Of a stretch of 50,369 bases of DNA, positions 20,239-29,552 are shown in pieces. The notes beneath the pieces are model-generated. The model was not told where the DNA came from, did no database searches, and was given only the letters and a program-made list of their open reading frames with translations. Both the position numbers and the translations under genes were made by a program. Each line of letters starts with the position of its first letter. The stretch's first letter is position 1. The DNA is from Sporosarcina sp. (GTDB taxonomy: Bacteria; Bacillota; Bacilli; Bacillales_A; Planococcaceae): the NCBI GenBank assembly GCA_029263945.1, contig JARIDM010000070.1, forward strand, positions 1 through 50,369, in the 5' to 3' direction.

Positions 20239-21123
20239 ATGATTCACATCGATAAGCTTACACAACGGTTTTCCAACGGGAAAGGGATTTTTGGTGTCAC
20301 TTTTAACGTAGAAGAAGGTGAGGTCTTCGGATTCCTTGGTCCGAACGGCAGTGGTAAATCGACCACAATCCGCCACTTAATGGGGTATATGAAACCACAG
20401 AAAGGCTATGCAACCATTAAGGGACTCGACACTTGGGAGAAACAGGCGGAAGCGCGCAGTCATATTGGTTATTTGCCAGGGGAAATTGCATTTTTAGAGG
20501 GTCTGACGGGCCAAGACTTTCTCAATATGATTGCGGGGATGCAAGGGGTCACGAATAAAAAACGTCAAAACGATCTAATTGATAGATTGCAATTTAATCC
20601 CAAAACAGCAATCCGTAAAATGTCGAAAGGGATGAAACAAAAAGTAGGCATTGTTGCGACTTTCATGCACGATCCCGACATTTATATACTCGACGAACCA
20701 ACGTCAGGACTGGACCCACTGATGCAACAGGTCTTTATAGAGTTAGTCCTTGAGGAAAAGGCGAAAGGCAAGACTTTTCTCATGTCCTCCCACAGCTTTT
20801 CTGAAATTGAACGCACTTGTGACAGAGCGGCAATTATTCGGAACGGGAAAATCGTGACCATCCGCGACATTCATGAACTCCAAACGATGCAACGGAAAGC
20901 CTTTACTGTGAAACTATCGAAACAAGAAGATGTCACAGCATTGCTTGTTTCTACGTTAAATGCTGAAAGAGTAGATGAATTCAGGGTACGCATCGAACTT
21001 CAGGGAAATTATAATGATTTTCTTGCTGCTTTATCCCCTTACAATGTGACAGATATCAGTGCAGACGACCAAAGTTTGGAACAGATCTTCATGGATTATT
21101 ACAATCAGGAGGGTATGCAATGA
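20239..21123 (+). CDS. ABC-2 type exporter ATP-binding subunit
   Basis: GPNGSGKST, MSKGMKQK, ILDEPTSGLDP; AGGAGG RBS before ATG 20239. Confidence 0.93.
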   Translation: MIHIDKLTQRFSNGKGIFGVTFNVEEGEVFGFLGPNGSGKSTTIRHLMGYMKPQKGYATIKGLDTWEKQAEARSHIGYLPGEIAFLEGLTGQDFLNMIAGMQGVTNKKRQNDLIDRLQFNPKTAIRKMSKGMKQKVGIVATFMHDPDIYILDEPTSGLDPLMQQVFIELVLEEKAKGKTFLMSSHSFSEIERTCDRAAIIRNGKIVTIRDIHELQTMQRKAFTVKLSKQEDVTALLVSTLNAERVDEFRVRIELQGNYNDFLAALSPYNVTDISADDQSLEQIFMDYYNQEGMQ

Positions 21124-21932
21124 TGAATCGTCCCCTTTACATTCAAATGATGAAACTTCATATTAAAACCATTCTTGGGTTTAGCATTGGTTCGGCACTT
21201 TACGTTACATTAATGACCTCCCTCTTCCCAATGATTGACGAAAATATCGCAGAAATTGATGCCATGATGGGACTATTCCCAGATGCATTACTTCGAGCGC
21301 TTGGTCTAGAATCACTGAGCAGTTACGGACAGTTTATTTCCGCAGAGTATTATGGGTTGTTTTATTTATTAATTCTCGGTGTGTTCAGCGTCATGCTCAC
21401 GGTGCAACTATTGGCGCGACTTGTCGACCGCGGTTCGATGGCTTATTTATTATCTACCCAGGTGTCTCGGGTACAAGTTGCAATCACTCAAGTGATGGTC
21501 TTTATGAGTAGTCTATTCATCATTCATGTCGTTACATTTGGCGCGGGCTTTCTAGCTGCTACGTTTTTAATTGAAACGGAAAGTACCATTGCATTTAGTG
21601 AGTTTTTCCAAATTAACTTTGTTGGATTTCTTCTATTCTTTGCGATCGGAGGCTATTCACTCCTCCTATCCGCGTTGTGTAATGATGAAAAGAACGCTTT
21701 TGCATTGGCCGGTGTATTGACATTCACATTCTACGGCATGAATATGATTGGAAAAATCGTGACTGACATCGATTGGATCCGTAATTTTACCCCCTTTTCT
21801 CTTTATGAACCAGGCCAAATTGCCAGTGGAGATGCCGATGTCTGGATGTCGTCTATTGTCTTGGCGTTAATCGGAATCGTCACATACGTTCTCACAGTTC
21901 TTATTTTCAAGAGACGCAATTTACCTTTATAA
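21120..21932 (+). CDS. ABC-2 type exporter permease
   Basis: About 6 TMs, DRGSMAYLLS, FKRRNLPL C-terminus; 4-nt overlap with the ATPase. Confidence 0.9.
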   Translation: MMNRPLYIQMMKLHIKTILGFSIGSALYVTLMTSLFPMIDENIAEIDAMMGLFPDALLRALGLESLSSYGQFISAEYYGLFYLLILGVFSVMLTVQLLARLVDRGSMAYLLSTQVSRVQVAITQVMVFMSSLFIIHVVTFGAGFLAATFLIETESTIAFSEFFQINFVGFLLFFAIGGYSLLLSALCNDEKNAFALAGVLTFTFYGMNMIGKIVTDIDWIRNFTPFSLYEPGQIASGDADVWMSSIVLALIGIVTYVLTVLIFKRRNLPL

Positions 21933-21966
21933 AAAGACGCGTAGGTGGCAGATGACTGTGAAACGC

Positions 21967-22015
21967 TAGGTGGAAGGTCCTGCTTCGCTGATAACTGTCG
22001 GATTTGTGCTGATAA
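21967..22015. repeat. second, short copy of the 21-bp array including its leader
   Basis: 40/48 ungapped identity between 21967-22014 and 17707-17754. Confidence 0.85.
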
Positions 22016-22031
22016 CGTCTCACCTTTGTCC

Positions 22032-22072
22032 AAGCCAGGTAAACTTCATACCAGAAGTTTACCTGGCTTTTT
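22032..22072 (+). terminator. terminator after the ABC-2 operon
   Basis: AAGCCAGGTAAACTTC-atacca-GAAGTTTACCTGGCTT-TTT. Confidence 0.85.
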
Positions 22073-22087
22073 ACATTGTAACGTTCA

Positions 22088-22120
22088 GTTCATGTTCCGT
22101 TCATGTAGCCCATTTATACT
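22088..22120 (+). promoter_or_regulatory. HssR-like direct repeat and -10 box
   Basis: GTTCATGTT-CC-GTTCATGTA (22088-22107) followed by TATACT (22115-20). Confidence 0.65.
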
Positions 22121-22152
22121 TAGGTTATTAAGAAAATACGGAGGCAAAAAAT

Positions 22153-23187
22153 ATGAACATTGCATGGAAAGAAATTAAGAAAAACAAAGCAAAGTTTTTA
22201 ATATTAGGATCTATCATTTTTCTTGTTAGTTTTTTAACTTTTATTATATCTGGTTTAGCCAATGGACTCTCACAAGATAACGCCGCTTTAATAAAGGATA
22301 TGCCTGATGGTCAATTTTATATGGAAACCGAAGCAAATGAAACGTACAACCTTTCGCGCATCGATGAAAAGGTTCAAGCTGACGTTTTAACGGAACAACC
22401 CGACGCACTTGCGATGTCGATTCAAATGGGATTCGTTAATGATGCAGATGATAAACAACACAGCGTGGCTTTCGTCACGTCAACTGATTCTTCTCTATTT
22501 GAAACTGTGAATAAAAACGAAGTGATCCTCGACAAAACATTAGAAGCTGAAGGGGTAAAAGTTGGAGACATTTTAACGAATAACCAATTTAGCGGTGAAT
22601 TTAAAGTGAAGGGTTTTGTCGATCAACAAAAGTATAGTCATGCACCTGTAGCATTTATCAACATGGAGAATTACAAAGAAATTTATCGAGTAAATGAAAT
22701 GCAACTTATTTTTGTCCCTGAACAAAAGGATGCACAAGCCATTTCAACCTTACAAGCATTTTCAAACAAAGATTTCTTGAATACAATTCCGAGCTATAGT
22801 GCTGAACAAATGTCATTAAATATGATTATTTGGTTTTTGGTCGCAATAAGCGGCATGTTATTCGCCATTTTCTTCTACATGATGAACGTTCAGAAGATTG
22901 GTTTATACGGGATATTAAAAGCAATTGGCGTCAAAACAAGTCGATTATTCGGGATGATGTGGTACCAAATGGTATTTATCACCTTGATCGCATTGGTCCT
23001 ATCTGTTTTACTCAGCCAAGGATTCACAATGATTGCACCGGAAGGCATGCCTTTTAGTTTGACGCTTGCTACAACAATTCAGTTGTCAGTTGTCTTTTTA
23101 GTCATCGGGTTTATTGGTGCAACACTTTCTGGCCTACAAATTAAAAAAGTTGAACCATTACAAGCAATTCAACAAGGAGAGGTATAA
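22153..23187 (+). CDS. hrtB: HrtB-like (FtsX/MacB-type) ABC permease, probable heme efflux
   Basis: MNIAWKEIK, SGLANGL, QKIGLYGILKAIG, 1+3 TM topology; HssR-like site upstream. Confidence 0.7.
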   Translation: MNIAWKEIKKNKAKFLILGSIIFLVSFLTFIISGLANGLSQDNAALIKDMPDGQFYMETEANETYNLSRIDEKVQADVLTEQPDALAMSIQMGFVNDADDKQHSVAFVTSTDSSLFETVNKNEVILDKTLEAEGVKVGDILTNNQFSGEFKVKGFVDQQKYSHAPVAFINMENYKEIYRVNEMQLIFVPEQKDAQAISTLQAFSNKDFLNTIPSYSAEQMSLNMIIWFLVAISGMLFAIFFYMMNVQKIGLYGILKAIGVKTSRLFGMMWYQMVFITLIALVLSVLLSQGFTMIAPEGMPFSLTLATTIQLSVVFLVIGFIGATLSGLQIKKVEPLQAIQQGEV

Positions 23188-23188
23188 A

Positions 23189-23863
23189 ATGACCATTTTT
23201 ACAATTGATGAAGTGACCAAAACGTTTATAAACGGAGAAGTCGAAGAACAAGTGTTAAAAGGCGTTAACCTTTCACTTAATGAAGGCAAAATTACCGCAT
23301 TGGTCGGTGCCTCAGGATCTGGTAAAAGTACAATTTTGACAATCGCGGCTGGCCTTCAACGTGCATCTGGTGGCGAAGTTCTATTTGAAGGGAAAAACAT
23401 GACGGAGATGAGCCAAGAAGACATTCGACAAATTAGAGCCAGTGAGTTTGGTTTCGTCTTTCAATCCTCACATCTTGTGCCCTTTTTAACTGTAGAAGAA
23501 CAACTTTTACTCATGCTAGATGTAGCAGAAACAAAAATGAACAAACGTGCACAAACTAAAGAAGTTAAAAAAGTTCTCACTTTGGTCGATATGGTTCACC
23601 GAAAAGACGCGTATCCAGCCTCTTTATCTGGTGGTGAAAAACAGCGCGTCGCCATTGCAAGAGCCATCATTCACAAACCCAAAATTCTATTTGCAGATGA
23701 GCCGACCGCAAGTTTAGATTCAAAAAGATCTAAAGACGTCATGATGCTCATCCGCGAATTAACAAAAACCTTAAATATCACAACGCTAATGGTAACCCAC
23801 GACGAAGACATGCTCACTTACGCCGATCAGGTCATTACAATGAAAGATGGACTGATCGTATAA
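23189..23863 (+). CDS. hrtA: HrtA-like ABC ATPase
   Basis: GASGSGKST, LSGGEKQRVAIARA, ADEPTASLD; ATG 23189 after AGGAGAGG. Confidence 0.7.
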   Translation: MTIFTIDEVTKTFINGEVEEQVLKGVNLSLNEGKITALVGASGSGKSTILTIAAGLQRASGGEVLFEGKNMTEMSQEDIRQIRASEFGFVFQSSHLVPFLTVEEQLLLMLDVAETKMNKRAQTKEVKKVLTLVDMVHRKDAYPASLSGGEKQRVAIARAIIHKPKILFADEPTASLDSKRSKDVMMLIRELTKTLNITTLMVTHDEDMLTYADQVITMKDGLIV

Positions 23864-23940
23864 AAAAATTTTGGGCGCCAAGCTACAGACAACATTAGCG
23901 TACTTCTAATTGTGGCGTCGCCTGGCGCCCCGTTTTAATC

Positions 23941-24060
23941 CGTATTGGGCGATATTTGAATTAATTGGGCGACTTTTACTTTAATTGGGCGTATTTCTAA
24001 TTAATTGGGCGACTTTCCCGTTTATTGGGCGATTTCCACCTTAATTGGGCGTATTCAACT
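23941..24060. repeat. 20-bp periodic array, 6 x TTAATTGGGCG(A/T) core with variable tail
   Basis: ATTGGGCG at 23944, 23964, 23984, 24004, 24024, 24044. Confidence 0.92.
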
Positions 24061-24085
24061 CCTGGCGTTCCATTTTATAATTTTC

Positions 24086-24144
24086 CAATAAGAAACAGCC
24101 CTTGCGACCGTTTAATCTCGGTATGCGAGGGCTGTTTCTTATTG
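24086..24144. terminator. long hairpin overlapping the spoVT stop, probable bidirectional terminator
   Basis: CAATAAGAAACAGCCCTTGC...GCGAGGGCTGTTTCTTATTG. Confidence 0.7.
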
Positions 24145-24675
24145 TTCCATCTGTTTTGCTAAAAAATGTGCCGCTGTTTCTGCAGCTTTCTGTTCAGTCT
24201 CACCAATGAAATGTAGTTTAGATAGCAAGTAAACAGCGCCGATCATATCCCCGCCCGCAATAATAGGCGCTATACAATAAGATTTAACTTGCTCTACTTG
24301 CCCGGGTACCCACTCGACTGTATCTTCAAGTTTCTCGGTCACAATCTTCCTATTTGAAATGATTTCATCAATCTCTGGGGCTAAGTTTCGGTTTAAGTAA
24401 TCTTTTTTTGACAAGCCTGATACCGCAATCATCTCATCACGATCACTTATTAACGCGGGCGTCCCTAGCGTTTCGTATAGGGTTTCTGCATACTCTTTTG
24501 CAAATTGCCCCAGTTCGGATATTGGGGAGTATTTCTTTAAAATAATTTCACCATCCCGGGCAGTAAATATTTCTAACGGATCTCCCTCGCGAATTCTAAG
24601 TGTTCTTCGAATTTCTTTTGGGATTACAACCCTTCCGAGATCATCTATTCTGCGGACGATTCCAGTTGCTTTCAT
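24139..24675 (-). CDS. spoVT: stage V sporulation protein T
   Basis: MKATGIVRRIDDLGRVVIPKEIRR AbrB domain plus C-terminal GAF; 178 aa from ATG 24675. Confidence 0.97.
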   Translation of the reverse strand: MKATGIVRRIDDLGRVVIPKEIRRTLRIREGDPLEIFTARDGEIILKKYSPISELGQFAKEYAETLYETLGTPALISDRDEMIAVSGLSKKDYLNRNLAPEIDEIISNRKIVTEKLEDTVEWVPGQVEQVKSYCIAPIIAGGDMIGAVYLLSKLHFIGETEQKAAETAAHFLAKQMEQ

Positions 24676-24725
24676 ACTCGATGCCTCACTTTCCACAAGT
24701 TTAACAATTAGTTTCATTGCAAACT

Positions 24726-24755
24726 CAGTATGCTTCAAAAGTGGGCAAAATATGC
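24726..24755 (-). promoter_or_regulatory. sigma-G promoter of spoVT
   Basis: GCATA-18 nt-CATACTG on the minus strand. Confidence 0.7.
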
Positions 24756-24765
24756 AACTTTTCCT

Positions 24766-27700
24766 TTAGACGGTTTCCGAAGCAACAGTTTCCTTGATAG
24801 AAGAAGGCAGCATCTTCATAATAGACTCCAAAACATCGAATCCCGTTGCTTTTTCGGTATGGCGCTCATCAATTGTGATGACAAGTTGGTCTCCGTCCAT
24901 AGAGAAACCAACAGCACGGCCAAATGACATTGAATCCGCAACTAACTTCGCACCATTTACCGTTGTTGTTCCTACTGCTGAAAAACGAATTTGGATTTTG
25001 GATTGCTGGTTCTTGATCGATTCCACGCCAGCAATTCTTCCCCATACTTTAAAACGAGCAATGCGTAAAAGTAAATCGGCCTCTAACGGTAAATCTCCAA
25101 ACCGGTCAATCATTTCATCCACAAGCTCAGTGTAATCCATATCACTATCAATTACTTTTACGCGTTTATACATTTGAATTTTTTGGAAGCCGTCGCGAAT
25201 ATACGTATCGGGTAAGTATGCATTCACGGACAGTGAAATTTCAATATCTGGAATGTCTTCTTTGACAATACCTGTTTGCTTCTCTTCAATCGCTTCTTGT
25301 AACATTTGTGAGTACAAATCGAATCCAACAGAGTCTATAAACCCATGTTGCTGAGAGCCAAGTAAGTTACCAGCACCTCGAATCGATAGGTCACGCATCG
25401 CAATTTTAAAGCCAGAGCCAAGTTCAGTAAATTCCTTTATTGCTTGCAAACGGTTTTCAGCAACTTCAGTTAGAATCTTATCTCGTTTATATAAGAAATA
25501 ACCATAAGCCACGCGGTTAGAACGACCGACACGTCCACGGAGCTGATAAAGTTGAGACAAGCCCATTCTATCTGCGTCATGGACAATGAGTGTATTGACA
25601 TTTGGAATATCAATCCCGGTTTCAATAATCGTGGTCGTCACGAGGACATCATACTCACCTTCAAGAAAGCCTAAGATTGTCGACTCAAGTGCCGACTCAC
25701 CCATTTGTCCATTGGCAAAACCAACCCTTGCATCGGGCACAAGTCCTTTAATTTCATCCACTTTTCGCGCCATGTCCTCGACACGGTTGTATAAGTAAAA
25801 GACTTGCCCTCCGCGGCCCATCTCACGCTCAATCGCTTCGCGGACAAGTGCAGCATTATGCTCCATTACATAGGTCTGTACTGGAAAGCGATTCGCTGGC
25901 GGTGTTTCTATAATTGATAGGTCACGTACACCTAACATCGACATATGAAGGGTTCTAGGAATTGGTGTCGCTGTTAGCGTTAATACGTCCACATTCGACT
26001 TTAATTGTTTCAGGCGTTCCTTGTGGGTTACCCCAAATCTTTGCTCCTCATCCACAACAAGAAGACCTAAATCATTATAAATGATGTCTTTTGATAACAG
26101 CCTATGCGTGCCGATCACAATATCCACCGTTCCAGCCTTTAAGCCTTTTAACGTTGCAGTTTGTTCCTTTTTTGTTTTAAAACGGTTTAACAAAGAGACT
26201 TCAACTGGGAAACCTTCGAAACGTTCTTTCATCGTTTCATAATGTTGTTGGGCTAAAATGGTCGTTGGGACAAGAAATGCAACTTGCTTACCGTCTAATA
26301 CCGCTTTAAAGGCAGCTCGGATCGCAACTTCAGTTTTCCCATAACCAACGTCACCACAAAGCAACCGGTCCATTGGCTGAATGTTCTCCATGTCTTTTTT
26401 AACTTCTTCAATCGATCTAAGTTGATCTGCTGTTTCGTCGTATGGAAATGCATTTTCAAATGATCGTTGTAAATCATCGTCTTTTGCAAAAGCATGACCT
26501 TTTTCAGACGCTCTTTCCGCGTAAAGTTTTATTAAATCATCTGCAATGTCTTTTACCGCAGCTGATACTTTACTTTTCGTACGTTTCCAAGCCGCGCCAC
26601 CTAGTTTATGTAGAACTGGGGCTTTTTCACCTGATCCAACATACTTTTGGATTAAATCAATCTTATCCGTTGGGACATACAATTTATCATTTCCACGGAA
26701 ATGTATTTCAAGATAGTCTTTTTCAATCTTGCCTTGGGACATATTTTCAATCCCAATATATTTACCAATCCCGTGATGCGCATGAACAACATAGTCACCT
26801 GGCTTTATTTCAGAATAACTTTTAATGCGCTCTGCATTGGACATTTTTTGAGGTCGAGACTTTCTTTTTGGCTTTCCTTTAAACAGTTCAGCATCCGTTA
26901 AAACAACCATTCGATCAAGTGGCAATTCAAATCCAGCTGACAAATCTCCATCTATGATAAAGACACCGCCTGTATCTGATGGTTGACCCGACAAAGTTGC
27001 CTCAATTTTATAATCCGACAAAATGCTTTGTACCTTCTCCATGCGTTCAGCGCCATCTACAACGAGGAAAATATTGAAATTGCCTTCTCTCCAACGGGCC
27101 AATTCCGTTTTCAGCAAAGGCATTTGACCATGAAATTCTTGCATTGGCTTACAAGAAATTGTCCTTGTATTTTTCACCACAATGCCTGGCATTGAACGAA
27201 TGAATAAAGATAGATAAATTTTATTTTGCGTTAACATTTTATTAATCTCAGTAAAAGTAAAGGAAAGTTTTGCGGCGTGAACATTTTTACCCTCTTCAAT
27301 TTGGGAAATTAACCATTCTTCCTCTTCCTTTTCAAGAGATTCTAGTACTTCAAGAATTCTACCGACTTCATCAAACATAACAAATCCATCTCTTGGAAAA
27401 TAAGTGGCTAATGATGTGGGCTGTTCTGCTGCAAATGAGGCATACTTCAACATACCTTCTGGAACATTACCATCTCTTAATAATGCAATATCCGCAGATA
27501 AGTTTAACGTAAGCAATTCTTTTGCTTCTTCATTTTTGATTTTTTTCAAGCTTACACTTAATTCTTTTTCTAATTTCATAGCAACGGATAGTCTGTCTGA
27601 TTCAGTCCACATAAACTCTGCTGCTGGTAAAATTGAAATTGTTTCTAATTTACTGATCGACCGCTGATCTTCTGCAGAGAATGTACGAATTGAATCCACT

Positions 27701-28299
27701 TCTGTATCGAATAGTTCTATTCGGATGGGATGCTCACTTGCTAGAGGATACAAATCTAATATCCCTCCGCGAAGTGCGAATTCACCAGGTGCAGTGACCA
27801 TCGGTTGTCTTGAATAGCTCATCGCAACGAGTTGTTCAACCCATTCATCAATGTTAATTGTCGCACCGATTTTTGTTTCTAAATTGTTTTCAAGCCATTT
27901 ACTTTTAGCTGGTAAAAACTTTCTGAGTCCTGCAATAGGCGTAATATAAACACCTGCACCAACACGCGCCATATGATCGATTGTTTCCATACGTTGCGCC
28001 CGTAATTCATAACTTGAAATCGAAAATTCCGCCGCTACCAACTCTTCCGCTGGATAGAGATGAACACTCGATTCTCCAAGCATTTTCACAAGGTCTTCAT
28101 ATGTACGTTGTGCTTGTAAAAGGTTGGGAGAAACTATTAATACTGGTTTTTCGAGTGACTGTTGGAGTGCTTTGAAGAAAACTGGTTTTGCACCACCAGA
28201 TAATCCTGCGATGAGCTGCTGATCATGCCCTTCCTTTAAATCTTGAGCTAGTTTACTAATTTCATTTCTTTTCATATAGTAATTAATAAGCGCTTCCAA
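24766..28299 (-). CDS. mfd: transcription-repair coupling factor
   Basis: GDVGYGKTEVA, DEEQRFG, QLRGRVGR; probable TTG start at 28299 with AGGTG RBS (track start 28323). Confidence 0.97.
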   Translation of the reverse strand: MEALINYYMKRNEISKLAQDLKEGHDQQLIAGLSGGAKPVFFKALQQSLEKPVLIVSPNLLQAQRTYEDLVKMLGESSVHLYPAEELVAAEFSISSYELRAQRMETIDHMARVGAGVYITPIAGLRKFLPAKSKWLENNLETKIGATINIDEWVEQLVAMSYSRQPMVTAPGEFALRGGILDLYPLASEHPIRIELFDTEVDSIRTFSAEDQRSISKLETISILPAAEFMWTESDRLSVAMKLEKELSVSLKKIKNEEAKELLTLNLSADIALLRDGNVPEGMLKYASFAAEQPTSLATYFPRDGFVMFDEVGRILEVLESLEKEEEEWLISQIEEGKNVHAAKLSFTFTEINKMLTQNKIYLSLFIRSMPGIVVKNTRTISCKPMQEFHGQMPLLKTELARWREGNFNIFLVVDGAERMEKVQSILSDYKIEATLSGQPSDTGGVFIIDGDLSAGFELPLDRMVVLTDAELFKGKPKRKSRPQKMSNAERIKSYSEIKPGDYVVHAHHGIGKYIGIENMSQGKIEKDYLEIHFRGNDKLYVPTDKIDLIQKYVGSGEKAPVLHKLGGAAWKRTKSKVSAAVKDIADDLIKLYAERASEKGHAFAKDDDLQRSFENAFPYDETADQLRSIEEVKKDMENIQPMDRLLCGDVGYGKTEVAIRAAFKAVLDGKQVAFLVPTTILAQQHYETMKERFEGFPVEVSLLNRFKTKKEQTATLKGLKAGTVDIVIGTHRLLSKDIIYNDLGLLVVDEEQRFGVTHKERLKQLKSNVDVLTLTATPIPRTLHMSMLGVRDLSIIETPPANRFPVQTYVMEHNAALVREAIEREMGRGGQVFYLYNRVEDMARKVDEIKGLVPDARVGFANGQMGESALESTILGFLEGEYDVLVTTTIIETGIDIPNVNTLIVHDADRMGLSQLYQLRGRVGRSNRVAYGYFLYKRDKILTEVAENRLQAIKEFTELGSGFKIAMRDLSIRGAGNLLGSQQHGFIDSVGFDLYSQMLQEAIEEKQTGIVKEDIPDIEISLSVNAYLPDTYIRDGFQKIQMYKRVKVIDSDMDYTELVDEMIDRFGDLPLEADLLLRIARFKVWGRIAGVESIKNQQSKIQIRFSAVGTTTVNGAKLVADSMSFGRAVGFSMDGDQLVITIDERHTEKATGFDVLESIMKMLPSSIKETVASETV

Positions 28300-28436
28300 A
28301 ATTAAACACCTATCCTTCTTCATTCTTATTATAAATCCTAATTTCAGCTAGTGGTCAAAAGGCTTCTTAGCGTACAAAATGGAATGTACTGGAAAACAGA
28401 AAAAGCTTTGAACGCCATCAGCGCCAAAGCGAATAA

Positions 28437-28682
28437 CTATTGAAGCCACTTTTTAAGTGCATAATACGTAGGAAATTGTTGAAGTGACTTTTCACACTGC
28501 TCACAGATACAGCGGACTGTCATTTCGCCGCCCTCCCCTATTATTAAAAACTGTTCTTTGTCATCGTATTGATGCGAATCATTCTCTAATCGTTGAATGA
28601 GACTAACTACACTCTCAGCCGATTCAAATGGAAGTGATCCTATTTCAGTTTCACAATGTTTGCAATGATACCGAATCACCAC
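28437..28682 (-). CDS. fin: anti-sigma-F factor Fin (YabK)
   Basis: YHCKHC...CEQCE zinc motifs, WLQ C-terminus, located between pth and mfd. Confidence 0.88.
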   Translation of the reverse strand: MVIRYHCKHCETEIGSLPFESAESVVSLIQRLENDSHQYDDKEQFLIIGEGGEMTVRCICEQCEKSLQQFPTYYALKKWLQ

Positions 28683-28707
28683 TTTGCCACCTACTTCTTT
28701 TTCCTAG

Positions 28708-28737
28708 TAGTATAGGTGAATGATGACCTAATTATTC
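28708..28737 (-). promoter_or_regulatory. forespore (sigma-G/F-like) promoter of fin
   Basis: GAATA-18 nt-TATACTA on the minus strand. Confidence 0.5.
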
Positions 28738-28739
28738 CT

Positions 28740-29303
28740 TTATATACCGTTAAATTTATTCATTACTTCAAGAAATGGCGATTTCAACCATTCTTCACAA
28801 GCATCAGCACTTTTTTTCACAGCGTCTTCTATAACGGGTGTTTCCTCTTTACTAAATGAGGAGAGCACATAATCGGCAACTTTCATGCCGCTTACCGGTC
28901 TACCGATTCCCATTCTAATTCTATTGAACTTGTCAGTCCCGAAATGCGCTATTAATGATTTCATCCCATTATGACCGCCTGCACTCCCTTTTTGACGAAG
29001 TCTAAGTTCTCCTGGAGCGAAGTCCAAATCGTCATAAATCACAACAACTTCATCAATGTCTACTTCATAGTAATCGAGAAGGGGACGTACACATTCACCT
29101 GATAAATTCATATAGGTAAGCGGTTTGACAAGCATCACTTTTCCTTCTGGACGATGGACGACAGTATACATGCCATTAAACTTTGACTGCATCGGTGGTG
29201 CCTGCAAACGACCTGAAAGTTCATCGATTACATGGAAGCCAATATTATGGCGTGTTTTTTCATATTGTTTACCCGGGTTTCCGAGGCCAATAACCATCTT
29301 CAT
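28740..29303 (-). CDS. pth: peptidyl-tRNA hydrolase (SpoVC)
   Basis: [28 protein letters not shown]. Confidence 0.97.
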   Translation of the reverse strand: MKMVIGLGNPGKQYEKTRHNIGFHVIDELSGRLQAPPMQSKFNGMYTVVHRPEGKVMLVKPLTYMNLSGECVRPLLDYYEVDIDEVVVIYDDLDFAPGELRLRQKGSAGGHNGMKSLIAHFGTDKFNRIRMGIGRPVSGMKVADYVLSSFSKEETPVIEDAVKKSADACEEWLKSPFLEVMNKFNGI

Positions 29304-29509
29304 GAGGATTCTCTTCCTTTGCGTAAAATTTACTTCTCCCTTAATGTAATTTAGGAGAGAAGATTATATCAAATCGTATTCCGTATCAATAAAACTTACA
29401 GTATCGCTTTCGTGTTATCCGTGACAGCATAACTTTACGTTGAACCGTTCTCAACCGAATTATCACACCTGTGTCATACAGTTCGTTCATTATGAATAAT
29501 CTTTTAAAT

Positions 29510-29549
29510 AGAAAATAGGCGTACGGAGTGACCGTACGCCATTTCTCTA
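29510..29549 (-). terminator. terminator after rplY/ctc
   Basis: GGCGTACGG-agtga-CCGTACGCC stem. Confidence 0.75.
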
Positions 29550-29552
29550 TAA

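Noticed and set aside
21945-22178. 77-aa ORF between the two ABC operons
   Set aside because: It crosses a repeat copy, a strong terminator and the hrtB promoter, and has no RBS
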